In this document: positions 20,629 to 28,986 of the stretch, in pieces
Layout: every line of letters begins with the position of its first letter
Position numbering within the stretch: the stretch's first letter is position 1
Assembly: GCA_964584785.1 (NCBI GenBank)
Contig: CAZPBY010000001.1
Span: forward strand, 74,718-138,717
Direction: 5' to 3'
DNA: 64,000 bases
Source: an uncultured Solibacteraceae bacterium
Lineage (GTDB): Bacteria > Acidobacteriota > Terriglobia > 20CM-2-55-15
Made by a program: the position numbers and the translations under genes
The notes under the pieces: generated by a model
The model's database searches: none
What the model was told of the DNA's origin: nothing
What the model saw: the letters and a program-made list of their open reading frames with translations, nothing else

Positions 20629-23298
20629 TTATTTCTTCTGGGTAGCAGCGAGCCAGTTGACGACGACCGCGATGGGCGGAACGGCAGATGGTTCGGAGGC
20701 CGGCGGTTGCAGCACCAGGAATCTCTCACCATCCGGGGTGACATCATACTTGCCGTTGGTAAAATCCGAACCGGTGTTCCGCGTTTGAAACAGCGGCCTT
20801 GGAATGCCCGTTTCAATGGTGGTTCCGTTCGGCTTGACATCGACTGCCATCAACTTTCCATCTGGAGCGAGATAGAATATTTCCTTTCCATCCTTCCGCC
20901 AACGAGGTATTCCGCCTCCCGCATTTGATACCTGACGTCGGTCCGTCATGGACGGAAAGGCGGCGACCCATACTTGGGTCGAACCCGACTCATCGGAGTT
21001 GTAGGCTATCCAGCGGACGTCATACGACAGATTGAACTGCCTGCTTGTCGAAGGACCACCAACCAGCCGCACGGGTGTTGGATCACCGGTCAACGGGATA
21101 GCGGATACCGATTGATCTTCCGAACTTCGGTAAATGATGTAACGTCCATCCTTTGACCAGTCATCGATGGTTCCACTGTCCTTAAAGAGCGACGTCTCCT
21201 CACTTCCTCCTACATTCTTTCTATAAACGTGGTTGGAGCCTTTGCGGTTGGACGCGAATACAACTTCTTGTCCATTGGGTGACCAGACTGGATCAATGGA
21301 GCTGGAGGGTCCGAAGGTGAAGCGCGATAGGATGCCGGTCGATAGCTCTGCGAGCCAGAGCTCGTAACTGCCGATCCTCGGATCGAAACGGTCGAAAACC
21401 GCTCGCTTACCGTCGAGTGAAAGGTGGACATTATTGAAAAAATCGGGGTCGCCAATTGTTCCGAGCGGTCGCCCTGAGCGGTCGAACCAAGCCAATTGAG
21501 CGCCCCGAGCGTTTTCGGGGCCTCCATAAGCAAGAATGCCCGTACTCGACGTAGATACGCTGGCGAGCCAACCATTCTGGCCCACATCTTCTGCTACAAG
21601 AAACGCCTCTCCTCGAGTCTCCAGGTCGGCTAAGTCAAATGGCTGTGCCATCAAGGAATTTCCTCGCACCCACAGCAGATGACCGTCGCTATAGATTGTG
21701 CGAGTGTTCACATTCAGGACCCGCTTTCGGTCCCTCGAATCGAGAGAGCCAACGTAGATTCCACTTACTTCGGCCTCCGAGCTGACGACCCCATATAGAA
21801 AATGCCGGCCATCTGGTAGGAAAAAGGGGAATATGTGCCGAGCTTCATGTGAATTCAGCAATGTTACCGGTGCGCGATCTCCCCCTCTGGCGGAGAGGCT
21901 GTAGATACCCGTGTCCGAGCCGCCGCAGAGAAGGACGCCATCGCGATTCCACGTGCCGAACCCACACGGTGTGTTACTGACCAGTTCAGGAGGGCCGCCG
22001 CCAACCGCGATCTTCTTGAATTTTCCACCGGCGTTAAAACCAATAAACTTGCTGTCCGTCGACCAGGACGGCGCACCTCCGCCATCCGTGCCTTGCAAAA
22101 TTCGCGCGTCTAGTGAATCAATCCCACGAACCCATAGCTTCGATGTAGGTTCGTCTATTGCACTGAAAACAAGGTACCGGCCATCGGGAGACAGTGCAAA
22201 CTCCGGAACACCCGAACTCTGAAAGACCTTCTGAGGTGGTGGAGGAATCGTGAAACGAACAACGGTTGTGTTGCGAGTCGGCGGCGAACGCCAATACGCA
22301 ATCGCAACGCTGGCTGCGGCGACGACAAGCGCGATGCCAGCCACGAACCACGCCCAACGTTCACGAGTCTGTCGAGGCTGTTGGATAACACCCGCGGCAG
22401 CGTTCGACGCCTCTTCGATCTCGATTCGTGCGTCAGCAATGTCGTGAAGACGGCGGTTTGGATCCTTCTGAAGTGCGCGTCGCAGGAGCGTCCGAATCGA
22501 AAGTGGTGTTTCGGCGGGGAGCCTCGTCCAGTCAGGCTCTTCGGCGACGATCTGCGCAAGGACATCGGTTGTTGTCTCGCCGTCGAATGTGGGGCGTCCG
22601 CTTAACATCTCGTACAACACGCAGCCCCAGGCCCAGATGTCCGTGCGCTTATCGATGTCTTTGCCGCGCGCCTGCTCCGGCGACATGTAGCCTACGGTGC
22701 CGAGGATGAGGTTGTCTTCGGTCGAGACAACCGCCTTCGTCACCATGTCCGATGACGCAATCTTGGACTCGAAAATCTTTGCCAACCCGAAGTCGAGGAC
22801 CTTCACCGTGCCGTCTCGCGTGATCTTGATGTTGGCGGGTTTCAGATCGCGATGAACGACTCCCTTCGCGTGAGCCGCTTCCAGTGCCTCAGCTATCTGG
22901 CGAGCGATCGCCAACGCTTCTTCTACCGGCACACGGCCACGAGCAATACGCTCGGCGAGCGCGTCGCCATCGATGAACTCCAGGGCCAGACCACAGAGCC
23001 CATCGCTTTCTTCGAGACCGTAGATGGCTGCGATTCGCGGATGATTCAAGGAGGCAAGAAGCTGCGCTTCGCGATGAAATCGGGCGACCCGTTCGCGATC
23101 CTGAGCGAACGCTTCGGGCAGCACTTTGATCGCAACGTCACGATTCAGTTTCGAGTCGCGCGCCCGATAGACTTCAGCCATTCCACCGGCCCCGATGGAC
23201 GCGATGATTTCGTACGGTCCGAGCCGTGTTCCGGCAGCCAGCCGCCAGGACGACTGAATCCCACTGACCATTTGCTGCCGGTCTTCAGGCCGATCCAT
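20629..23298 (-). CDS. Ser/Thr protein kinase with TolB-like beta-propeller (paralogue 3)
   Basis: GAGGMAEVYRARD, HRDLKPANIKI, DFGLAK. A transmembrane segment. PD40 repeats. Alternative start at 23271. Confidence 0.85.
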   Translation of the reverse strand: MDRPEDRQQMVSGIQSSWRLAAGTRLGPYEIIASIGAGGMAEVYRARDSKLNRDVAIKVLPEAFAQDRERVARFHREAQLLASLNHPRIAAIYGLEESDGLCGLALEFIDGDALAERIARGRVPVEEALAIARQIAEALEAAHAKGVVHRDLKPANIKITRDGTVKVLDFGLAKIFESKIASSDMVTKAVVSTEDNLILGTVGYMSPEQARGKDIDKRTDIWAWGCVLYEMLSGRPTFDGETTTDVLAQIVAEEPDWTRLPAETPLSIRTLLRRALQKDPNRRLHDIADARIEIEEASNAAAGVIQQPRQTRERWAWFVAGIALVVAAASVAIAYWRSPPTRNTTVVRFTIPPPPQKVFQSSGVPEFALSPDGRYLVFSAIDEPTSKLWVRGIDSLDARILQGTDGGGAPSWSTDSKFIGFNAGGKFKKIAVGGGPPELVSNTPCGFGTWNRDGVLLCGGSDTGIYSLSARGGDRAPVTLLNSHEARHIFPFFLPDGRHFLYGVVSSEAEVSGIYVGSLDSRDRKRVLNVNTRTIYSDGHLLWVRGNSLMAQPFDLADLETRGEAFLVAEDVGQNGWLASVSTSSTGILAYGGPENARGAQLAWFDRSGRPLGTIGDPDFFNNVHLSLDGKRAVFDRFDPRIGSYELWLAELSTGILSRFTFGPSSSIDPVWSPNGQEVVFASNRKGSNHVYRKNVGGSEETSLFKDSGTIDDWSKDGRYIIYRSSEDQSVSAIPLTGDPTPVRLVGGPSTSRQFNLSYDVRWIAYNSDESGSTQVWVAAFPSMTDRRQVSNAGGGIPRWRKDGKEIFYLAPDGKLMAVDVKPNGTTIETGIPRPLFQTRNTGSDFTNGKYDVTPDGERFLVLQPPASEPSAVPPIAVVVNWLAATQKK

Positions 23299-23408
23299 TC
23301 AACACACCCGCGGTTTCGATTCCAACCAGTTCATCATTGATTTTCGAGTCGTAGCTTAACACTGATAGTTTTTCGACAGCATCTCAGGCTGGGTCGACTC
23401 GATCGCCT

Positions 23409-24575
23409 CTAGGATTCGATCAGCCTGAAGAGTTCGTCGACCGCCAGTACTTTCATATTCCCAGCGGACACGGTTGTGGAGGGTGCGCCTCGCACGGCCC
23501 GGTGAACGATGAACCCATCGACCTGATAGCCCTTGCCGGCCTCGCGGAGCCGCCGATATGGACCTGCCATGGCAGGCGTCACGGTTCGGGTTGCTTTCGC
23601 TTCGATGGCCATCAGTCTCCGCCGGGAACCGGGAACAACAAAATCGATCTCGAGTCCCTGTTGATCGCGAAAAAAGTACAGCGTTCTGGCCTTTCCAAGC
23701 GAAAGCTGCAGCTTCACGATCTCAGACGCAACGAAGCCTTCAAAGACAGGGCCGAGAAACGGCGATCCGTTGAGCATCGATTGAGATTCGATTCCGAGAA
23801 GGTGGCACGCCAGGCCCGAATCCGCAAAATACAACTTTGGCGATTTGATGAGTCGCTTCCCAAAGTTCTCGTAAAACGGAGGAATCAGGAAAATTTGTGA
23901 TGTCACTTCAAGGATCCCGAGCCATTCCGAAATCGTCGGAACAGAAACTCCGAGCGGGGCTGCGAGTTCCGTCCGATTGAGAATTTGCCCGCATCTCGTG
24001 GCGAGCAGCGACAGGAACCGCCGAAATGTCGCGAGGTCGCGAATGGAGCTAATGGCGCGGACATCCCGTTCCAGGTAGGTCTGCACGTATGAACGAAACC
24101 AGATGTCGGATGTTGATGGCCGCGCCAAAACCTCCGGAAACCCACCGCGAAGAAGCGATACCTTTGGTGATTCCTTCAATGAGAGCGGCATCAACTGAAA
24201 CACCGCGGCACGTCCGGCCATGGACTCGCTAACGCCGCGCATTAACGGAGCATCCTGCGAACCGGTAAGCAGCCACTGTCCTTTCTTTTCCGGATGGCGG
24301 TCAATACGCGTCCGGATGTAATTGAGAACCTCCGGCACGTTTTGAATTTCGTCGAAAATCGCCGGAACGGAAGTCTCTTCAACAAACGTTCGCGGATCGT
24401 AGCTGAGGCGCGCGACAACATCCGGATCCTCGAGGAGGTAATACGCCGCGTTGGGAAACATCCGGCGTAGCAGAGTGGTCTTTCCGGAGCGGCGCGGGCC
24501 CGTCAAGATCACCGCCGAAAAAGATTTGACGGCACGCGCCAGGGGATTGCTCAAGAGCCGCGGGATGAATTTCAT
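23409..24575 (-). CDS. AAA+ ATPase with DUF4143-type C-terminus (paralogue of 4381..5574)
   Basis: Walker A GPRRSGKTT. Same architecture as the first copy. Confidence 0.8.
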   Translation of the reverse strand: MKFIPRLLSNPLARAVKSFSAVILTGPRRSGKTTLLRRMFPNAAYYLLEDPDVVARLSYDPRTFVEETSVPAIFDEIQNVPEVLNYIRTRIDRHPEKKGQWLLTGSQDAPLMRGVSESMAGRAAVFQLMPLSLKESPKVSLLRGGFPEVLARPSTSDIWFRSYVQTYLERDVRAISSIRDLATFRRFLSLLATRCGQILNRTELAAPLGVSVPTISEWLGILEVTSQIFLIPPFYENFGKRLIKSPKLYFADSGLACHLLGIESQSMLNGSPFLGPVFEGFVASEIVKLQLSLGKARTLYFFRDQQGLEIDFVVPGSRRRLMAIEAKATRTVTPAMAGPYRRLREAGKGYQVDGFIVHRAVRGAPSTTVSAGNMKVLAVDELFRLIES

Positions 24576-25066
24576 TTGAGAATCCTAAGGTAGAATCTTA
24601 AAAAACTCAAAGCAGGTATGGTGTCCGCATGCGCAGCCGCTGGCCTGTCCGGGGCGGGTGCCTCCCCAGGAGGTAATTCACCTTGTAAGAGGTCGTTATT
24701 TTGCCGGGGCGCTTCAGCGTCCAGGTGTTTCTGCACTCACCCAGTGGCCAGGCGAAGCAGCTGTTCAGCGCGCCTCTCGCAACCACGGCCAACAAGCCAC
24801 AAGGCGCTGCAGACCGTCGAGCGGCGTGTGGGCCGGCTAGTCGTCAGTTGGACCGGCATATTGCGTCTCGACGGCTAAGCCTTGGAAATGATCAGGATGC
24901 CTGCGGGGCCAGACCCGGACCATAGTACCATTCGCGAGGACATGGCTCGGTTTTACGATCTCTTTCACCAAGGATTGGTACAGCGGATCAGGAAGATCCG
25001 CCGGACAAGGAAGTCACGCGAGGCAGGATACTCAGGAACATCAAAAACAAGGACTCTTAAGAGTTG

Positions 25067-25112
25067 ACGGAGCGAATCAGCCAAGATGGCGGGTTCGCTC
25101 CGTTTTCATTTT
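25067..25112 (+). terminator. rho-independent terminator
   Basis: ACGGAGCGAA (25067..25076), a 17-nt loop, then TTCGCTCCGT (25094..25103), followed by TTTCATTTT. It sits directly after the TGA of a 61-codon ORF (24882..25067). Confidence 0.5.
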
Positions 25113-25130
25113 AAGCTGCATCGTGATAAC

Positions 25131-25420
25131 TCTTTCATCCACCACAGTCGTTCTCCGAGGCCATTTTATTTGCGGCCGCGAAGATCGTTTGCGGCGCGAA
25201 GAAGATCATTTCGGAAGCGGAAAAGGTTTTGTCCGTTCCGCTAAATACCTTTTCCATCACCGTCAAAGTCTTGTCCGACAGAGAGAACGCCTTTTCCGCC
25301 GATCAAATCATCGTTGCCGCGTCGGCAAAGGCTTTTTGTAGTTCCGCGAATACCTTGTCCGGCACGAACAAAATCATTTCCATCGATGAAAAGATCTTTT
25401 CCGGCGCTGAAATGATGGCC
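25131..25420. repeat. array of ~14 degenerate, head-to-tail ~21-bp direct repeats (noncoding)
   Basis: Units of 19-22 nt with consensus tTCCGnnnnGnaAAAnnnCtt. Examples: gtccgttccgctaaatacctt, ttccatcaccgtcaaagtctt, gtccgacagagagaacgcctt, ttccgccgatcaaatcatcgt. Each unit alternates a GC-rich dyad (e.g. GCCGCGTCGGC, TTCCGCGAA) with an A3-N3-T3 block. The period is about two helical turns. Confidence 0.6.
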
Positions 25421-25592
25421 TCAGCCGGCCACCCTTACAACCAATAGATTGTGTGTTACTTACGCCGTAACCAAACGATCGTTTCAGCGGCTCAAATGAT
25501 CTTTTCAGTGACGGAAAGATCATGTCCGTCTCCCACCAACCTTTTCCCGTGGCGAAGCGAACCGTGGGAGACGGCCAGATCGTCTTGTTCAC

Positions 25593-25817
25593 CTAAAAGA
25601 TGAAGCGCGCCTGCAGTTGGAACATTCGCGGCGGATCGATGTTGGCGAACACCGGGATCGCATTTGTTGCGGCGCCGGCAGCGACGAACTGTCCGAACGT
25701 CGGGTTAACCGTTCCGCTGTCACTGTACACGGTTTGTCCGCGTCTCCTTGCCCATCCGGTGAACCGGGGCCACTCCTCAAAGACATGTCGTACGAACGCC
25801 ACAGGGAACAGCCACAC
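25593..25817 (-). pseudogene. C-terminal remnant of a TonB-dependent-receptor-like outer-membrane protein gene
   Basis: The 74-aa ORF ends ...NIDPPRMFQLQARFIF. This resembles the C-terminal beta-barrel signature of the intact gene at 56613..59630 (...SRQIQLALRFDF). No upstream body is present. It is followed by hairpins GTCTCCCAC/GTGGGAGAC and TGATCTTT/AAAGATCA. Confidence 0.35.
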
Positions 25818-25952
25818 GCGAAAACGTCAATGCTGTGTTGAACATTGGTCCTCCTTGTAATGATGTCTGTATGCCGTGGCGGGTCAGAAATATTCCCTCG
25901 ACTCTGAGGGGCCCTAACACGTGGTAAAGTCTCCCTGCTGTTTGGAGAGACC

Positions 25953-27152
25953 ATGAGCTACATCAGTGGGGCGGCGGCGGACGAAAGAGACTTTCCGACC
26001 CTTCTCGCCATCGAGGCTCAGTTCGGCTTTATCCCGAACTTCTTCCGAGCCCAAACGATTCGGCCCGACCTGATCGATGCGGAAGTCGGTCTTGTCGGAG
26101 CGGTGATGCTGCAAGAACGCGCGCTGAGCCGGAAACAGAAGGAGTACATCTTTCTGGCGTGCTCGGCCGACAACCTCAGCACCTATTGCGTCACGGCGCA
26201 CTGTGAGATCGTTCGCATGCTCGGCATCGAAGGGCCCGAGCCGGAGCAGATCGCGCTCGACCATACTGTGGCCGATATTGCCGACGCCGATAAAGCTCTC
26301 CTGGACTTTGCGGTGAAATTAAACAACCACCCCACGAACCTGAGTCGTTCGGACATCGACTCGCTGCGCGGGCACGGCTTTGGCGATGGTCATATCCTCG
26401 AGACGGTCCTCATGGTCGGCCTGGCTAAGTTCGCGAACTTTGTGGCGTTCGGCCTGGGGACGGCGCCGGATTTCGATTCGACGAAAGTGGCCAGTGTTCT
26501 TGGATTGGGAGAGGTTTCCGAAGGACGCGAAAAAGATTTGAATCCTCCGGCCCGAAATTTCACTCTAATAAAGGATGATGATGCGGGTTTAGTCGAACGC
26601 ACTCGACGCGGCGAGCTGGAAGCCTTCGACGAACTCGTGCGGCGCCATCAACAAAGGATCTACCGGACGTTGATGGCAATCACCCGCAAGCCGGACGAAG
26701 CGGAAGATGGGGTCCAGAACGTGTTTATCAAAGCGTTCGAGCATATCGCCGGATTTCAGGGGGCGTCGAAATTCGTGACGTGGCTGACTCGCATCGCAAT
26801 CAATGAAGGGGCGGAACACCTGCGCATGCGTAAGAACCTGGACAGTCTGGACGATCCAGCCGCCGGCGATGACGCCGCCTTTCGGCCACGCAACGTCTCG
26901 CCCTGGGGAAACCCCGAGCAGCTCTATTCCCAGTCAGAACTGCGGCGCACCGTGGAACAAGAACTCCTGAAGCTGCCGGCGAAATACCGCGTACCCGTCA
27001 TACTGCGCGATCTTCAGGAATTTACCGCCGAAGAAACTGCCGAAGTTCTAGGCATCGCCGTGCCGGCGCTGAAATCCCGTTTGTTGCGCGGGCGGATGAT
27101 GTTGCGAGAGGCCCTGGCTCCCAGCATGGGAAGGAGAGCGGCGAATGTTTAA
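25953..27152 (+). CDS. fusion protein: N-terminal AhpD-like/CMD (peroxidase-related) domain + C-terminal ECF sigma-70 family factor
   Basis: Residues 1-~200: CMD family (FGFIPNFFRAQ..., redox motif reduced to S-x-x-x-Y-C-V-T-A-H). Residues ~205-399: sigma region 2 (FDELVRRHQQRIYRTLMAIT...FVTWLTRIAINEGAEHLRMRK) and region 4 (LPAKYRVPVILRDLQEFTAEETAEVLGIAVPALKSRLLRGR). It is a single uninterrupted ORF. Confidence 0.75.
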   Translation: MSYISGAAADERDFPTLLAIEAQFGFIPNFFRAQTIRPDLIDAEVGLVGAVMLQERALSRKQKEYIFLACSADNLSTYCVTAHCEIVRMLGIEGPEPEQIALDHTVADIADADKALLDFAVKLNNHPTNLSRSDIDSLRGHGFGDGHILETVLMVGLAKFANFVAFGLGTAPDFDSTKVASVLGLGEVSEGREKDLNPPARNFTLIKDDDAGLVERTRRGELEAFDELVRRHQQRIYRTLMAITRKPDEAEDGVQNVFIKAFEHIAGFQGASKFVTWLTRIAINEGAEHLRMRKNLDSLDDPAAGDDAAFRPRNVSPWGNPEQLYSQSELRRTVEQELLKLPAKYRVPVILRDLQEFTAEETAEVLGIAVPALKSRLLRGRMMLREALAPSMGRRAANV

Positions 27153-27381
27153 GTGTGAAGAAGTCCTGGCCGAACTGTCGAATTATCTCGACGACCAGGC
27201 AAGCCGGAACATTCGCCAAAAGGTGGAAGAGCATATGCTGCACTGCAACTCGTGCCGGGCGGTATATGACTCGACCCGCAAAACGCTCCGCATCGTGACG
27301 GAAACCGGTTCGTTCGAGTTGTCCGAAAGCGTCTCTACCCGAATCGCGAACAACATCCGAGCCAGGATTCGCGCCAAATAA
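27145..27381 (+). CDS. small soluble zinc-finger (ZAS-type, RsrA-like) anti-sigma factor
   Basis: 78 aa. C4...H30-x3-C34-x2-C37 (MFKCEE...EEHMLHCNSCRAV). It overlaps the sigma gene stop by 8 nt and has an AGGAG SD. Confidence 0.7.
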   Translation: MFKCEEVLAELSNYLDDQASRNIRQKVEEHMLHCNSCRAVYDSTRKTLRIVTETGSFELSESVSTRIANNIRARIRAK

Positions 27382-27714
27382 TGTCTCAGCTTGCATCCTG
27401 GCAGCGGCTGAGAAAGATTTTTTGAATCCTACCGCCCGGCTGATTCATCTAACTTCCCAGAGCAGCACAAAAGCGTATGCGATCCGCCGGAAACCAAGAC
27501 TTCGAAGCCTTACTGTTGCCGCACTTGAACGCTTGTTTCAAACGGCGTTGCGGCCCACGGATCATCGAATCGCGGAGGAGACAGCCGTTCACGAGGTTTA
27601 CAGCCGGGCGTTGAGGACATCGAGTTCGCACGAGTGACAAGTTTCTCTTTCGGGAATAAGACCGCGCCCCGATGTTTTTTGTCGGCAGGACGCGAATTGC
27701 CTGAGGATCTATAA

Positions 27715-28275
27715 GTGCTTTTTGCAAGGAAAGTCGAGTCTGGAGAATTTGAGGCTGTAGCCCTTCCACACCTGAATGATCTGTACCGGACGGCCGTGCA
27801 CCTTGTACGGGACCGGACCGAGGCTCAGGACCTGGTGCAAGAAGCGTATATGCAGGCCTGGAAGGCGTTTCATCGATTCCAGCCGGGGACTAATTGCAGG
27901 GCGTGGCTCTTCAAGATTCTCATCAATGAAGTCCGGCACTATCGCCGCCGTTGGTTCAATAAGAAGACCGTTCCGGAAGGGGAGCAATCGTTCGAAGAGA
28001 CATTGGCCTTCGAGCCGCCGATTCCGGAAGACATCACAGACGAAGACATCCTGGCCGCGCTGGCCGATGTTCCGAAAGATTTTCGTGAGGTCGTTCTGCT
28101 GGCCGACGTCCAGGAGTTTTCGTACAACGAGATTGCGGAGATGCTGGGCATCCCCGTCGGAACAGTGATGTCTCGATTGAGCCGAGGAAGAAAGCGCCTG
28201 CGCGAAAAACTGTCCGGCTATGCGAGTTCGAGCGGGATTGGCAGGACGCTACGGGAGGGCGCCTTGACGGGCTGA
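27715..28275 (+). CDS. ECF (sigma-24) RNA polymerase sigma factor with no adjacent anti-sigma
   Basis: GTG start with a GAGGA SD. Region 2 (DLVQEAYMQAWKAFHRFQ...AWLFKILINEVRH) and region 4 (VVLLADVQEFSYNEIAEMLGIPVGTVMSRLSRGRKRL). Confidence 0.8.
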   Translation: MLFARKVESGEFEAVALPHLNDLYRTAVHLVRDRTEAQDLVQEAYMQAWKAFHRFQPGTNCRAWLFKILINEVRHYRRRWFNKKTVPEGEQSFEETLAFEPPIPEDITDEDILAALADVPKDFREVVLLADVQEFSYNEIAEMLGIPVGTVMSRLSRGRKRLREKLSGYASSSGIGRTLREGALTG

Positions 28276-28638
28276 GCGCATTGTTAGCCAGCGTTCTTGT
28301 TCAGGGACTTCCTCCAGTTTGCAAGTCTCGTCCAACGTCGTCTGACCGGTATCCGTCCAGATTACCTTTCTGAGTCGACGAGCCATTTCTTCCGGAGAGC
28401 TTCGGCGACTTGTTCATGGGACATCGTACGCCCTGCTCGGGAATCGGCCTGGCCCTGCTCAATTGTCTGGATTACGTGAAGATGATACAGAACGTCGTCC
28501 AAGCTACAGTCGCCATTCGGCTAGTGCGAGAATACTCAGCGCCGGCTGTTTGAAAGAACCCGGAACGCGTGTCGGAAGTCACGGATACCTTGCACTTCGA
28601 CACGTGGTTGCGCTAACGTGTCGAAGGGCGAGGTATCG

Positions 28639-28986
28639 ATGGCAATTTCCCAACCGGATCTGCCCCAGGGCACGCTCGACATGCTGATTCTGAAAGTCGT
28701 TGCAGCGGGCCCGATTCACGGTTACGCGATCGCTCAGCGAATCCAGCAAATCTCCAAAGACGCTTTGCTGGTGAGGCAGGGTTCGCTTTATCCCGCTCTC
28801 CATCGTTTGGAAAACCGCGAACTGCTCGACGCGGAATGGAAAGGTTCCGACACCGGGCGTGAAGCGAAGTTCTACCGCCTCACACGAAAGGGCAGGAAGG
28901 AACTCGAAGCCGAAAGCGAAAACTGGAACCACCTGCGAAACGCCATCGAACTCATCATGCGGGGCGTGGGAGGAGAGTCGGCATGA
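28639..28986 (+). CDS. PadR-family transcriptional regulator (acidobacterial type)
   Basis: GTLDMLILKVVAAGPIHGYAIAQRI...GSLYPALHRLE winged helix. ATG at 28639 preceded by GAGG (track ORF from GTG 28618). ATGA overlap with the downstream permease gene. Confidence 0.8.
   Translation: MAISQPDLPQGTLDMLILKVVAAGPIHGYAIAQRIQQISKDALLVRQGSLYPALHRLENRELLDAEWKGSDTGREAKFYRLTRKGRKELEAESENWNHLRNAIELIMRGVGGESA

Noticed and set aside
25131-25420. The 21-bp repeat array read as a CRISPR array
   Set aside because: The units are contiguous and degenerate with no unique spacers between them. The unit length of 19-22 bp is too short. There are no cas genes in the window.
25131-25420. The 21-bp repeat array read as an intact gene for a heptad-repeat protein
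   Set aside because: Unit lengths of 19, 19, 21, 20, 22 break every frame. The best minus-strand frame contains a TGA. No start or SD context. A decayed gene remains possible and is noted in the findings.
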